Of a DNA stretch of 64,000 bases, positions 1-10,644 are shown one piece after another (within the stretch, counting starts at the first letter, position 1; each line of letters opens with the position of its first letter). The notes below the pieces were generated by a model. The model did not search any database, had not been told where the DNA came from, and saw only the letters and a program-made list of their open reading frames with translations. The stretch lies in NCBI RefSeq assembly GCF_054482595.1, contig NZ_CM137008.1. One strand, given 5' to 3'. Position numbers and translations under genes: made by a program.

Positions 1-1
1 A

Positions 2-1327
2 ATTGTCGCCGACGAACGCACCAACAGTGTGATTGTCAGTGGTGACCCGGCCACGCGGGACAAAATGCGCCGCCTGATCCGTCGGCTGGACTCAGAAATG
101 GAGCGCAGCGGCAACAGCCAGGTTTTCTATCTCAAATACAGCAAAGCCGAAGATCTGGTCGATGTACTGAAGCAGGTCAGCGGCACGCTCACGGCGGCTA
201 AAGAAGAGGCGGAAGGCACGGTCGGTAGCGGGCGTGAGGTTGTCTCCATCGCCGCCAGCAAACACAGTAATGCCCTGATTGTAACCGCGCCGCAGGACAT
301 CATGCAGTCGCTGCAAAGCGTGATTGAACAACTGGATATTCGCCGTGCTCAGGTGCACGTCGAGGCGTTGATCGTGGAAGTGGCCGAAGGCAGTAATATC
401 AACTTCGGCGTGCAGTGGGCGTCGAAAGATGCCGGATTAATGCAGTTTGCTAATGGTACGCAGATCCCTATCGGTACGCTGGGCGCAGCCATTTCTCAGG
501 CGAAACCGCAGAAAGGCTCGACGGTGATCAGTGAAAACGGCGCAACCACCATTAATCCGGATACCAACGGCGATCTCTCCACGCTCGCCCAGCTTCTTTC
601 CGGCTTTAGCGGTACGGCGGTTGGCGTGGTGAAAGGCGACTGGATGGCGCTGGTACAGGCGGTTAAAAACGACTCCAGCTCGAACGTTCTCTCCACGCCG
701 AGCATCACCACGCTGGACAACCAGGAAGCCTTCTTCATGGTGGGTCAGGACGTTCCGGTATTAACCGGCTCTACCGTTGGCTCCAATAACAGCAATCCTT
801 TCAATACAGTAGAGAGGAAAAAAGTCGGCATCATGCTGAAAGTCACGCCGCAGATTAACGAAGGTAACGCGGTACAGATGGTGATTGAGCAGGAAGTCTC
901 GAAGGTGGAAGGACAGACCAGCCTCGACGTGGTGTTTGGTGAGCGCAAACTGAAGACCACCGTGCTGGCTAACGATGGTGAACTGATCGTGCTTGGCGGT
1001 CTGATGGACGACCAGGCGGGAGAAAGTGTGGCGAAAGTGCCGCTGCTGGGCGATATCCCGTTGATTGGTAACCTGTTTAAATCGACGGCGGATAAAAAAG
1101 AAAAACGTAACCTGATGGTGTTTATCCGTCCGACCATTCTGCGTGACGGTATGGCGGCAGACGGCGTGTCGCAGCGCAAATATAACTATATGCGCGCCGA
1201 ACAGATCTATCGCGATGAGCAAGGCTTAAGCCTGATGCCGCACACCGCGCAGCCGGTACTGCCAGCGCAAAACCAGGCCTTACCGCCGGAAGTACGTGCG
1301 TTCCTTAATGCCGGGAGAACGCGTTAA
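2..1327 (+). CDS. gspD: Type II secretion system secretin GspD, C-terminal part (5-prime partial; gene starts upstream of window)
   Basis: In-frame translation from position 2 ([21 protein letters not shown]...) matches the secretin C-domain; stop overlaps the gspE start at 1327. Confidence 0.9.
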   Translation: MVADERTNSVIVSGDPATRDKMRRLIRRLDSEMERSGNSQVFYLKYSKAEDLVDVLKQVSGTLTAAKEEAEGTVGSGREVVSIAASKHSNALIVTAPQDIMQSLQSVIEQLDIRRAQVHVEALIVEVAEGSNINFGVQWASKDAGLMQFANGTQIPIGTLGAAISQAKPQKGSTVISENGATTINPDTNGDLSTLAQLLSGFSGTAVGVVKGDWMALVQAVKNDSSSNVLSTPSITTLDNQEAFFMVGQDVPVLTGSTVGSNNSNPFNTVERKKVGIMLKVTPQINEGNAVQMVIEQEVSKVEGQTSLDVVFGERKLKTTVLANDGELIVLGGLMDDQAGESVAKVPLLGDIPLIGNLFKSTADKKEKRNLMVFIRPTILRDGMAADGVSQRKYNYMRAEQIYRDEQGLSLMPHTAQPVLPAQNQALPPEVRAFLNAGRTR

Positions 1328-2820
1328 TGGTGCCTGTAGCACAGGAAACCACCGCTAACACCGTGCGTCTGCCCTACAGTTTCAGCCGTCGGTTTAGCCT
1401 GGTGGCATGGTGCGAAGCGTCGCTGGAGATCCTCCATGTGCATCCGTTGTCGCTCTCTGTTTTGCAGGAGCTGCAGCGGGGGCTGAACGCGCCCTTTACG
1501 CTGCGGCAAATCGACGAGGCCGAATTTGAACAGCGACTGAATGCGGTCTGGCAGCGGGACTCTTCCGAGGCCCGCCAGCTAATGGAAGATCTCGGTTCTG
1601 CTGAGGACTTTTTTACTCTCGCTGAAGAACTGCCGGAAACGGAAGATCTGCTGGAAAGTGACGACGATGCGCCGATCATCAAACTGATCAACGCCATGCT
1701 GGCAGAGGCGATTAAAGAAGGCGCTTCGGATATTCACATCGAGACGTTTGAAAAGAGTCTGGTGATCCGTTTTCGCGTTGACGGCACATTACATGAAATG
1801 CTGCGCCCGGGGCGCAAACTGGCCTCGCTGCTGGTATCGCGTATCAAGGTGATGGCACGGCTGGATATCGCCGAAAAGCGCGTACCGCAGGATGGACGTA
1901 TTGCGCTGCTGCTGGGCGGTCGGGCGATTGACGTGCGTGTCTCCACCATGCCCTCCGCCTGGGGCGAGCGCGTGGTGCTGCGACTGCTGGACAAAAACCA
2001 GGCCCGCCTGACGCTGGAGCGTCTGGGGCTTAGCCAGCAACTGACCGCGCAGTTGCGCCAGCTGTTACACAAACCGCACGGCATCTTTCTGGTAACGGGG
2101 CCGACGGGTTCCGGAAAAAGCACCACGCTGTACGCCGGATTGCAGGAGCTGAACAACCATTCGCGCAATATTCTCACGGTTGAAGACCCCATCGAATACA
2201 TGATTGAAGGAATTGGTCAGACACAGGTTAACACCCGCGTCGGCATGACCTTTGCCCGTGGCCTGCGCGCGATTTTGCGTCAGGACCCGGATGTGGTGAT
2301 GGTCGGTGAAATCCGCGATACCGAAACCGCAGAAATCGCCGTCCAGGCTTCACTTACCGGACACCTGGTCCTTTCCACGCTGCATACCAACACGGCGGTG
2401 GGGGCGATCACGCGTTTGCAGGATATGGGCGTGGAGCCTTTCCTGCTCTCTTCCAGTCTGACGGGCGTGATGGCGCAGCGACTGGTTCGCACGCTGTGCC
2501 CCGACTGCCGCCAGCCCGCGCCTGCCACTGACGAAGAAAAACGCCTGCTGGGAATTACCGACGCGCGTACCGTCACTCTGTACCATCCGCAGGGCTGCCC
2601 CGCCTGTAATCATAAAGGTTTCCGCGGACGTACTGCCATCCATGAGCTGATCGTGGTGGATGCCACATTGCGTGATTTGATCCACCGTCAGGCCGGGGAA
2701 CTGGAGCTGGAACGTTATGTCCGGCAACACTCTGCGGGCATCCGCAGCAACGGCATTGAGAAAGTGCTCGCCGGAGAAACCTCTCTCGATGAAGTTCTGC
2801 GGGTAACCATGGAGGCGTAA
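1327..2820 (+). CDS. gspE: Type II secretion ATPase GspE
   Basis: 497 aa with Walker [11 protein letters not shown] and C-terminal CxxC...CxxC motifs; start overlaps gspD stop. Confidence 0.95.
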   Translation: MVPVAQETTANTVRLPYSFSRRFSLVAWCEASLEILHVHPLSLSVLQELQRGLNAPFTLRQIDEAEFEQRLNAVWQRDSSEARQLMEDLGSAEDFFTLAEELPETEDLLESDDDAPIIKLINAMLAEAIKEGASDIHIETFEKSLVIRFRVDGTLHEMLRPGRKLASLLVSRIKVMARLDIAEKRVPQDGRIALLLGGRAIDVRVSTMPSAWGERVVLRLLDKNQARLTLERLGLSQQLTAQLRQLLHKPHGIFLVTGPTGSGKSTTLYAGLQELNNHSRNILTVEDPIEYMIEGIGQTQVNTRVGMTFARGLRAILRQDPDVVMVGEIRDTETAEIAVQASLTGHLVLSTLHTNTAVGAITRLQDMGVEPFLLSSSLTGVMAQRLVRTLCPDCRQPAPATDEEKRLLGITDARTVTLYHPQGCPACNHKGFRGRTAIHELIVVDATLRDLIHRQAGELELERYVRQHSAGIRSNGIEKVLAGETSLDEVLRVTMEA

Positions 2821-4043
2821 TGGCACTGTTTTACTATCAGGCGCTGGAGCGTAATGGTCGCAAAACCAAAGGCATGATTGAGGCGGATTCCGCGCGTCAT
2901 GCCCGCCAGTTGTTGCGCGGTAAAGATCTCATTCCCATGCACATTGAAGCCCGGATGAATGCTTCGGCAGGGGGAATGTTGCAGCGTCGGCGACACGCAC
3001 ATCGTCGCGTGGCGTCGGCAGATCTGGCGCTGTTCACGCGCCAACTGGCAACGCTGGTGCAGGCAGCAATGCCGCTGGAAACCTGCTTACAGGCGGTCAG
3101 TGAGCAAAGTGAAAAACTGCATGTAAAAAGCCTCGGAATGGCGCTGCGCAGCCGGATTCAGGAAGGTTACACCCTGTCGGACAGCCTGCGCGAACATCCC
3201 CGCGTCTTTGATTCCCTGTTTTGTTCGATGGTGGCTGCCGGAGAAAAATCCGGGCATCTCGACGTGGTGCTTAATCGCCTGGCGGATTACACCGAACAGC
3301 GACAGCGCCTGAAATCACGTCTATTGCAGGCCATGCTCTATCCGCTGGTTCTGCTGGTGGTGGCAACGGGCGTGGTCACTATTTTGCTGACGGCAGTGGT
3401 GCCGAAAATCATCGAACAGTTCGATCACCTCGGACACGCGCTGCCCGCCACCACCCGCGCGCTTATCGCCATGAGTGACGCGTTACAGGCCAGCGGCGTT
3501 TACTGGCTGGCGGGATTGCTGGCGCTTCTGGTGCTGGGGCAACGGCTACTCAAAAATCCTGTTATGCGCCTGCGCTGGGACAAAACCTTGCTGCGCCTGC
3601 CCGTGACAGGGCGTGTTGCGCGCGGACTGAATACGGCGCGGTTTTCCCGCACCTTAAGCATCCTCACCGCCAGCAGTGTTCCGCTGCTGGAAGGGATTCA
3701 GACCGCTGCCGCCGTGTCGGCAAATCGCTATGTCGAGCAACAACTGCTGCTGGCGGCAGATCGCGTCCGCGAAGGAAGCAGTCTGCGCGCTGCACTGGCG
3801 GAGTTGCACCTGTTCCCACCGATGATGCTGTACATGATCGCCTCCGGCGAACAGAGCGGCGAACTGGAAGCCATGCTTGAGCAGGCAGCGGTCAACCAGG
3901 AACGGGAATTTGATACCCAGGTGGGGCTGGCGTTAGGGCTGTTTGAACCGGCGCTGGTGGTGATGATGGCGGGCGTGGTGCTGTTTATCGTCATCGCCAT
4001 CCTCGAGCCGATGCTGCAACTGAACAATATGGTTGGAATGTAA
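2820..4043 (+). CDS. gspF: Type II secretion inner-membrane platform protein GspF
   Basis: 407 aa polytopic protein following gspE; start overlaps gspE stop. Confidence 0.92.
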   Translation: MALFYYQALERNGRKTKGMIEADSARHARQLLRGKDLIPMHIEARMNASAGGMLQRRRHAHRRVASADLALFTRQLATLVQAAMPLETCLQAVSEQSEKLHVKSLGMALRSRIQEGYTLSDSLREHPRVFDSLFCSMVAAGEKSGHLDVVLNRLADYTEQRQRLKSRLLQAMLYPLVLLVVATGVVTILLTAVVPKIIEQFDHLGHALPATTRALIAMSDALQASGVYWLAGLLALLVLGQRLLKNPVMRLRWDKTLLRLPVTGRVARGLNTARFSRTLSILTASSVPLLEGIQTAAAVSANRYVEQQLLLAADRVREGSSLRAALAELHLFPPMMLYMIASGEQSGELEAMLEQAAVNQEREFDTQVGLALGLFEPALVVMMAGVVLFIVIAILEPMLQLNNMVGM

Positions 4044-4059
4044 TTTACGGAGTTATCAC

Positions 4060-4515
4060 ATGAATTCGTTATCCCGCACACAAAAACCACGGGCAGGTTT
4101 TACCCTGCTGGAAGTGATGGTGGTGATTGTTATTCTTGGCGTCCTGGCAAGTCTGGTGGTGCCTAACCTGTTGGGCAACAAAGAGAAAGCGGATCGGCAA
4201 AAAGCCATCAGCGATATCGTGGCGCTGGAAAACGCACTGGATATGTACCGACTGGATAACGGGCGTTATCCAACTACCGAGCAGGGGCTTGAGGCGCTGA
4301 TCCAGCAGCCAGCCAATATGGCGGACGCCCGCAACTACCGTACTGGTGGATACATTAAACGACTGCCAAAGGATCCGTGGGGCAATGATTATCAGTATCT
4401 CAGCCCGGGTGAAAAAGGGCTGTTTGATGTTTATACCCTGGGGGCGGATGGTCAGGAAAACGGGGAAGGCGCTGGCGCAGATATCGGTAACTGGAATTTG
4501 CAGGAGTTTCAGTAA
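4060..4515 (+). CDS. gspG: Major pseudopilin GspG
   Basis: Prepilin-type N-terminus GFTLLEVMVVIVILGVLA; chosen ATG at 4060 has CGGAG 7 nt upstream (ORF track begins at 4033). Confidence 0.9.
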   Translation: MNSLSRTQKPRAGFTLLEVMVVIVILGVLASLVVPNLLGNKEKADRQKAISDIVALENALDMYRLDNGRYPTTEQGLEALIQQPANMADARNYRTGGYIKRLPKDPWGNDYQYLSPGEKGLFDVYTLGADGQENGEGAGADIGNWNLQEFQ

Positions 4516-4518
4516 GCA

Positions 4519-5082
4519 GTGCCTGAACGCGGATTCACACTTCTGGAAATCATGCTGGTGATTTTCCTTATCGGCCTTGCCAGTGCGGGCGTGGTACAGA
4601 CGTTTGCGACCGATTCTGAATCGCCCGCGAAAAAAGCGGCGCAGGATTTTCTGACTCGCTTTGCGCAGTTTAAAGACAGGGCAGTGATCGAAGGGCAGAC
4701 ACTCGGTGTACTAATCGACCCGCCGGGATACCAGTTTATGCAGCGTCGTCAGAGGCAGTGGTTGCCCGTTTCTGCGACCCGGTTATCGGCACAGGTTACG
4801 GTGCCGAAACAGGTGCAGATGCTGTTACAACCCGGAAGTGATATCTGGCAGAAGGAATATGCGCTGGAGCTGCAACGTCGTCGCCTGACGCTGCACGATA
4901 TTGAACTGGAGTTGCAAAAAGAGGCGAAAAAGAAGACGCCGCAGATCCGTTTTTCGCCTTTTGAACCCGCCACGCCGTTTACGCTGCGCTTCTACTCAGC
5001 GGCGCAAAACGCATGTTGGGCGGTAAAACTGGCACACGATGGCGCGTTATCCCTCAGTCAATGTGATGAGAGGATGCCATGA
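4519..5082 (+). CDS. gspH: Minor pseudopilin GspH
   Basis: GTG start; N-terminus GFTLLEIMLVIFLIGL prepilin motif; operon position. Confidence 0.85.
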   Translation: MPERGFTLLEIMLVIFLIGLASAGVVQTFATDSESPAKKAAQDFLTRFAQFKDRAVIEGQTLGVLIDPPGYQFMQRRQRQWLPVSATRLSAQVTVPKQVQMLLQPGSDIWQKEYALELQRRRLTLHDIELELQKEAKKKTPQIRFSPFEPATPFTLRFYSAAQNACWAVKLAHDGALSLSQCDERMP

Positions 5083-5450
5083 AGCGCGGATTTACCTTGC
5101 TGGAAGTGATGCTCGCACTGGCGATTTTTGCGCTGGCTGCCACGGCGGTGTTACAGATTGCCAGCGGTGCGCTGAGTAATCAGCACGTTCTTGAGGAGAA
5201 AACGGTAGCAGGCTGGGTGGCTGAAAACCAGACCGCGCTGCTCTACCTGATGACCCATGAACAACGGGCGGTCAGGCATCAGGGCGAGAGCGATATGGCT
5301 GGAAGCCGCTGGTACTGGCGAACCACACCGCAGAATACAGGCAACGCGCTGCTCCAGGCGGTGGATATTGAAGTCAGCCTTCACGAAGACTTTTCGTCGG
5401 TAATTCAGTCACGACGCGCCTGGTTTAGCGCCGTGGGAGGCCAACAGTGA
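5079..5450 (+). CDS. gspI: Minor pseudopilin GspI
   Basis: N-terminus MKRGFTLLEVMLALAIFALA; 4-bp overlap with gspH. Confidence 0.85.
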   Translation: MKRGFTLLEVMLALAIFALAATAVLQIASGALSNQHVLEEKTVAGWVAENQTALLYLMTHEQRAVRHQGESDMAGSRWYWRTTPQNTGNALLQAVDIEVSLHEDFSSVIQSRRAWFSAVGGQQ

Positions 5451-6052
5451 GAAGGACTCGCGCTGGTTTCACGTTACTGGAAATGCTGGTGGCGATAGCC
5501 ATTTTTGCCTCACTGGCACTGATGGCGCAGCAGGTGACAAACGGCGTCACACGTGTGAATAGTGCCGTCGCCGATCACGATCAAAAACTAAACCTCATGC
5601 AGCAAACGATGAGTTTTCTGACCCACGATCTGACACAAATGATGCCGCGTCCGGTAAGAGGCGATCAGGGCCAGCGTGAATCAGCGTTACTGGCGGGCGC
5701 TGGCGTGCTGGCGTCTGAGAGTGAAGGAATGCGCTTTGTACGCGGCGGCGTGGTTAATCCGTTGATGCGTCTGCCGCGCAGTAATCTGCTCACCGTCGGT
5801 TACCGCATTCATGACGGTTATCTCGAACGGTTAGCCTGGCCGCTGACCGACGCAGCAGGCAGCGTGAAGCCAACAACGCAAAAGTTGATTCCGGCGGATT
5901 CGCTCCGTTTGCAGTTCTACGACGGCACACGCTGGCAGGAGAGCTGGTCATCACTTCAGGCGATCCCAGTGGCGGTACGCATGACCCTGCACTCGCCGCA
6001 ATGGGGCGAGATTGAACGCATCTGGTTGTTACGCGGGCCGCAATTATCATGA
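5447..6052 (+). CDS. gspJ: Minor pseudopilin GspJ
   Basis: GTG start; N-terminus AGFTLLEMLVAIAIFASL; overlaps gspI stop. Confidence 0.85.
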   Translation: MRRTRAGFTLLEMLVAIAIFASLALMAQQVTNGVTRVNSAVADHDQKLNLMQQTMSFLTHDLTQMMPRPVRGDQGQRESALLAGAGVLASESEGMRFVRGGVVNPLMRLPRSNLLTVGYRIHDGYLERLAWPLTDAAGSVKPTTQKLIPADSLRLQFYDGTRWQESWSSLQAIPVAVRMTLHSPQWGEIERIWLLRGPQLS

Positions 6053-7026
6053 TCAGCTCACCACCAAAACGCGGAATGGCACTGGTCGTGGTGCTGGTAT
6101 TGCTGGCGGTCATGATGCTGGTAACCATCACGCTTTCCGGGCGGATGCAGCAACAACTTGGGCGAACGCGCAGCCAGCAGGAGTACCAGCAGGCGCTATG
6201 GTACAGCGCCAGTGCTGAAAGCCTGGCGTTGAGCGCGCTCAGTCTGAGTCTGAAAAATGAACAACGTGTGCATCTGGCACAGCCGTGGGCTTCTGGCCCT
6301 CGTTTTTTCCCACTGCCGCAGGGGCAAATCGCCGTCACTCTGCGTGACGCACAGGCCTGCTTTAACCTGAATGCCCTCGCTCAGCCGACGACGGCGTCGC
6401 GTCCGCTCGCGGTACAACAACTGATTGCCCTGATCACGCGCCTCGATGTGCCTGCTTATCGGGCCGAATTAATTGCTGAAAGCCTGTGGGAGTTTATTGA
6501 CGAAGGCCGCAGTGTGCAGACGCGTCTGGGGCGTGAAGACAGTGAGTATCTTGCCCGTTCGGTGCCGTTCTACGCCGCCAATCAACCGCTGGCTGATATC
6601 AGCGAGATGCGCGTGGTACAGGGAATGGACGCCGGACTTTATCAAAAACTGAAACCGCTGGTCTGTGCGCTGCCGATGACCCGCCAGCAAATCAACATCA
6701 ATACCTTAGACGTCACGCAAAGTGTGATTCTTGAGGCGCTGTTTGACCCGTGGTTAAGCCCTGTTCAGGCGCGGGCGTTATTACAACAACGTCCGGCGAA
6801 GGGCTGGGAAGATGTCGATCAGTTTCTTGCACAGCCGCTACTTGCTGACGTCGATGAGCGTACTAAAAAACAGCTAAAAACCGTCCTGAGCGTGGACAGC
6901 AATTACTTCTGGCTGCGTTCAGATATCACCGTGAATGAGATTGAACTGACGATGAACTCGTTAATTGTCCGCATGGGCCCACAACACTTTTCGGTTCTCT
7001 GGCATCAGACAGGAGAAAGTGAGTGA
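6049..7026 (+). CDS. gspK: Minor pseudopilin GspK
   Basis: 325 aa with N-terminal hydrophobic segment; operon position and overlap with gspJ. Confidence 0.85.
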   Translation: MISSPPKRGMALVVVLVLLAVMMLVTITLSGRMQQQLGRTRSQQEYQQALWYSASAESLALSALSLSLKNEQRVHLAQPWASGPRFFPLPQGQIAVTLRDAQACFNLNALAQPTTASRPLAVQQLIALITRLDVPAYRAELIAESLWEFIDEGRSVQTRLGREDSEYLARSVPFYAANQPLADISEMRVVQGMDAGLYQKLKPLVCALPMTRQQININTLDVTQSVILEALFDPWLSPVQARALLQQRPAKGWEDVDQFLAQPLLADVDERTKKQLKTVLSVDSNYFWLRSDITVNEIELTMNSLIVRMGPQHFSVLWHQTGESE

Positions 7027-8201
7027 GTTCCATGCTTGAGATTTTTTTCCCGCTTTGCGCCTCCGACACCATCCGCTGGCAGCGCCGTACACCCGACGTG
7101 GAGCACGGTATCTGGCCTGACGTTGCTGACGAACGTCTCCAGCAATGGCTGCAAACTGATGCGATTCGACTCTACATTCCCGGCGAATGGATCAGCGTCT
7201 GGCAGGTTGAACTGCCTGATATCCCCCGCAAGCAGATACCGACTATTCTGCCCGCCTTACTGGAAGAGGAGCTGAACCAGGATATCGACGAACTGCATTT
7301 TGCCGCGTTGAAAATCGACCAGCAACAGGCAACCGTGGCAGTGATTCACCAGCAGCATATGCGCAACATTGCGCAGTGGTTGCAGGCAAACGGCATCACC
7401 CGCGCCACCGTTGCACCGGACTGGATGTCCATGCCTTGTGGTTATATGGCTGGCGATGCACAGCGAATTATTTGCCGCATCGATGAATGCCGTGGATGGA
7501 GCGCCGGGCTGGCGCTGGCTCCGGTCATGTTCCGCGCCCAGCTCAATGAGCAGGATTTACCGCTTTCGCTAACTGTAGTCGGCATTGCACCGGAAGAACT
7601 ATCAGCATGGGCTGGCGCAGACGCTGAACGCCTGACCGTTACGGCTCTGCCAGCCATTACCACTTATGGCGAACCGGAAGGGAACCTGCTAACAGGGCCG
7701 TGGCAGCCTCGCGTCAGCTACCGAAAACAGTGGGCGCGCTGGCGAGTGATGATTCTGCCGATATTGCTGATTCTGGTTGCGCTGGCAGTGGAACGGGGCG
7801 TGACGTTATGGAGCGTCAGCGAACAGGTGGCGCAAAGCCGCGACCAGGCTGAGAAACAGTTCTTAACGTTGTTCCCGGAGCAGAAGCGGATTGTGAATTT
7901 ACGCTCTCAGGTGACGATGGCGCTGAAAAAATATCGCCCACAGGCCGACGATACCCGGCTGCTCGCCGAGTTGTCAGCGATAGCCAGCACCCTGAAATCA
8001 GCGTCACTTTCCGACATCGAAATGTGTGGTTTCACCTTTGATCAAAAACGCCAGACGCTTCACCTCCAGTTGCGGGCAGCAAACTTTGCCAGTTTCGACA
8101 AACTGCGTAGTGCACTGGCAACCGATTATGTTGTGCAACAGGACGCGTTACAGAAAGAGGGTGATGCGGTTTCCGGCGGCGTAATGTTGCGGAGGAAATA
8201 A
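7023..8201 (+). CDS. gspL: Type II secretion protein GspL
   Basis: 392 aa with a single central TM (WARWRVMILPILLILVALAV); GTG start overlapping gspK stop. Confidence 0.85.
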   Translation: MSSMLEIFFPLCASDTIRWQRRTPDVEHGIWPDVADERLQQWLQTDAIRLYIPGEWISVWQVELPDIPRKQIPTILPALLEEELNQDIDELHFAALKIDQQQATVAVIHQQHMRNIAQWLQANGITRATVAPDWMSMPCGYMAGDAQRIICRIDECRGWSAGLALAPVMFRAQLNEQDLPLSLTVVGIAPEELSAWAGADAERLTVTALPAITTYGEPEGNLLTGPWQPRVSYRKQWARWRVMILPILLILVALAVERGVTLWSVSEQVAQSRDQAEKQFLTLFPEQKRIVNLRSQVTMALKKYRPQADDTRLLAELSAIASTLKSASLSDIEMCGFTFDQKRQTLHLQLRAANFASFDKLRSALATDYVVQQDALQKEGDAVSGGVMLRRK

Positions 8202-8202
8202 C

Positions 8203-8739
8203 ATGTTACGCGATAAATTTATTCACTATTTTCAGCAATGGCGTGAACGCCAGTTAAGCCGTGGCGAACACTGGCTGGCACAACACCTGGCGGGGCGTTC
8301 TCCGCGTGAAAAGGGCATGTTACTGGCAGCGGTGGTGTTCCTGTTTAGCGTCGGATATTACGTCCTCATCTGGCAGCCGTTGAGCGAACGGATAGAACAA
8401 CAGGAGACGATGTTGCAGCAGCTGGTGGCAATGAACACCCGACTGAAGAACGCCGCGCCGGATATTATTGCAGCGCGAAAATCTGCCACAACAACGCCTG
8501 CGCAGGTATCGCGGGTCATCAGTGACAGTGCTTCCGCGCACTCGGTGGTCATCAGGCGGATAGCCGAGCGTGGGGAGAATATTCAGGTCTGGATAGAACC
8601 TGTGGTGTTTAATGACCTGCTGAAATGGTTAAACGCACTGGATGAAAAATATGCGCTGCGGGTGACACAAATTGATGTCAGTGCTGCTGAGAAGCCTGGG
8701 ATGGTGAATGTGCAGCGGCTGGAGTTTGGACGGGGGTAA
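8203..8739 (+). CDS. gspM: Type II secretion protein GspM
   Basis: 178 aa with N-terminal TM (MLLAAVVFLFSVGYYVLIW); last gene of the operon. Confidence 0.85.
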   Translation: MLRDKFIHYFQQWRERQLSRGEHWLAQHLAGRSPREKGMLLAAVVFLFSVGYYVLIWQPLSERIEQQETMLQQLVAMNTRLKNAAPDIIAARKSATTTPAQVSRVISDSASAHSVVIRRIAERGENIQVWIEPVVFNDLLKWLNALDEKYALRVTQIDVSAAEKPGMVNVQRLEFGRG

Positions 8740-8765
8740 AGTATCAGGAGATTAATATCAATAAA

Positions 8766-8794
8766 ATTACTCTCGTTAACGTGGCGAGAGTAAT
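8766..8794 (+). terminator. Perfect 10-bp inverted repeat (ATTACTCTCG...CGAGAGTAAT) just downstream of gspM; possible terminator
   Basis: Hairpin read directly from sequence; the T-run lies about 20 nt downstream, so terminator function is uncertain. Confidence 0.3.
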
Positions 8795-8840
8795 TCCCCC
8801 AGACTTTATAAGCTAATTTTTTTCGTGAAGGTTATTGTCA

Positions 8841-8875
8841 GATCCAAAAGCAAAAACCCGCCTTGTGGGCGGGTT
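8841..8875 (-). terminator. Rho-independent terminator (minus-strand sense), likely the ancestral tRNA-Phe terminator
   Basis: Stem AACCCGCC/GGCGGGTT with TTGT loop, followed on the minus strand by TTTTTGCTTTTGG. Confidence 0.55.
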
Positions 8876-8887
8876 CTTAAGAATTAG

Positions 8888-8909
8888 TGGTGCCGGACTC
8901 GGAATCGAA
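8888..8909 (-). repeat. 22-nt remnant of a tRNA-Phe 3-prime end (TTCGATTCCGAGTCCGGCACCA); candidate att repeat of a pheV-type island
   Basis: Minus strand carries the T-loop and acceptor 3-prime strand ending in CCA but no tRNA body; identity to tRNA-Phe is from memory (one G fewer than I recall). Confidence 0.6.
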
Positions 8910-9019
8910 GATTTCTTTTATCATATTGATATTAATATAATTTGTTTGGTTTGATTAAAAATGTACCCTCAATTATACCCGCAGTCCCTTTTGATATCGA
9001 AAGGGAATCACACTCGGGA

Positions 9020-9865
9020 TCAGGCTGAGAGCACAGAAGGAAAGTGCCTGGCTATTATATCGTTAATTCTGTCAATCAGCTCCAGCCTTTTGAAAGTGAT
9101 GTGTGCAGATCCCTTCTTAAAGTATTTAATGATGAACATCTCATCTTCATAGCGTCCTTTACCCTGAACGGATTGTATGTGGTCATCCAGATTAATGGTG
9201 ATATTCCCCCGGTTGTCGGGGATCGGTTTACCGCTGAGCAGATGCAACATTCTTTCCAGGTCAGCCAGGCGATCTGCCTGCATTCCACTGATAAGATGAA
9301 ATCCCCACTGGTCCCACCTCACCAGATTGTTGACGATAATTTTACTGCCAAATTTACAGGGTGAGTTGGTTTTGTAATCCCAGCTCAGCCCTTTGAAGAC
9401 GTTGAGCACTCCCCGCTCAAACACTTCATCCTTATTCTGGTGCAGTTGTTCAAATGTGCTCAGAATGTTCGCTTCACTGATTTCCGGAAAATTATCATAT
9501 TCCAGTGACCTGTACCATGTGTCCCGGGTCTGCGCATCCATCAGACTCTGCATCCCGGAACGTTGCATCAGGTCACGCCAGATTTCGCGATCGAGATTGC
9601 GTGTGATGGCTTTCATTGCGGTTTCCGGTTTCTCCATCAGCCAGCAGCCGCAGCGAAAATCCTGTTTCATCGCCCAGTCCAGGGCGGTTTTACCTCCAAT
9701 ACTTTCTGTCAGTACTGAGATTTCTGCCAGTTGCCGGATAAGTGTGTCGATTTGCAGCAGCGCACTCTTTCGTACAGCCAGAATGTGGCGGATACTGGTT
9801 GAGCAGATAACGTCCGTATGCCCGTTGACCAGTTCCGGGCGGGAGATTGTGATATCTGACATCAT
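9020..9865 (-). CDS. Conserved island protein of unknown function (possibly DUF4942-type)
   Basis: 281-aa ORF immediately downstream of the toxin-antitoxin module; the minus-strand terminator at 8841-8875 follows it. Family assignment is from memory only. Confidence 0.55.
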   Translation of the reverse strand: MMSDITISRPELVNGHTDVICSTSIRHILAVRKSALLQIDTLIRQLAEISVLTESIGGKTALDWAMKQDFRCGCWLMEKPETAMKAITRNLDREIWRDLMQRSGMQSLMDAQTRDTWYRSLEYDNFPEISEANILSTFEQLHQNKDEVFERGVLNVFKGLSWDYKTNSPCKFGSKIIVNNLVRWDQWGFHLISGMQADRLADLERMLHLLSGKPIPDNRGNITINLDDHIQSVQGKGRYEDEMFIIKYFKKGSAHITFKRLELIDRINDIIARHFPSVLSA

Positions 9866-9946
9866 CGTTTTTCCTTTTGGTTTATAAACGAAAACGCCAG
9901 CCGTATTCAGGCTGGCGTCAGTGGAATGAAGTCTGGTGAGTGAGAT

Positions 9947-10144
9947 TCACCGGTTCTGGTGCAGAAGCGGCAGTTGGCGCAGGGTATGGATATCCTCCCT
10001 CGCCTGTTCAATACAGGACAACAGTGCTGCCGAATCCGTTTTATCCTCATTGTTGTCAAAGATAATTCCGGATTCGCAGTCGATATTGTCCTGCAGCCAC
10101 GCAATCAGAATATCCAGTGCGGTTTCCGTGGTTAATGATTTCAT
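9947..10144 (-). CDS. Small hypothetical protein (65 aa)
   Basis: ATG at 10144 preceded by AGGAG; sits between the yeeW-like ORF and the 281-aa ORF. Confidence 0.45.
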   Translation of the reverse strand: MKSLTTETALDILIAWLQDNIDCESGIIFDNNEDKTDSAALLSCIEQAREDIHTLRQLPLLHQNR

Positions 10145-10155
10145 GTTGCTCCTGG

Positions 10156-10644
10156 TTACCAGTTGAAAGTGGGTAAACCCGGCAGGCATTCAGCGCTGGC
10201 ATCCAGATGAATGAGACTGACACCATAACGTCGGGTAAGTGTGACAACCAGACGGCGGAACGTTTTTGACAGCCCCAGGCGCTTAAGCCGCAGAACCGGA
10301 TACGGCCACGCATCAGTACGTAACAGATAGCCGCTGCCGGTAAAATGAATCCATTCTGATTCACCGAAGTCACTGGTCTGGTGTGACAGCGAGTACAGCC
10401 AGGCGTTGTCCGTTTCCGTGATATGTGCGGTACTGCAGTGTATACCGGTCAGGACAGCAAATGGTGGCATGCAGTCTGTTGAGGCCCGGTCAGATGCATC
10501 AACAACACGAAGGGAGTGGCCATTATCACAGACCACGTTAATCAGTTCAGCGAGATTAACACCATCGACGTCAACGACAATGCGTCCCATGTTCAGTGCC
10601 TGCACGTTAATGCTGTCGGCTTCCAGCGTCAGGGCCAGTTTCAT
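10156..10644 (-). CDS. YeeW-like hypothetical protein downstream of the CbtA-family toxin
   Basis: 162-aa ORF whose start overlaps the cbtA-like stop by 4 bp (ATGA), suggesting translational coupling. Confidence 0.55.
   Translation of the reverse strand: MKLALTLEADSINVQALNMGRIVVDVDGVNLAELINVVCDNGHSLRVVDASDRASTDCMPPFAVLTGIHCSTAHITETDNAWLYSLSHQTSDFGESEWIHFTGSGYLLRTDAWPYPVLRLKRLGLSKTFRRLVVTLTRRYGVSLIHLDASAECLPGLPTFNW

Noticed and set aside
9393-9887. 164-aa plus-strand ORF overlapping the 281-aa minus-strand gene
   Set aside because: Low-complexity Ser/Cys-rich translation; the minus-strand ORF fits the operon context and has a downstream terminator.
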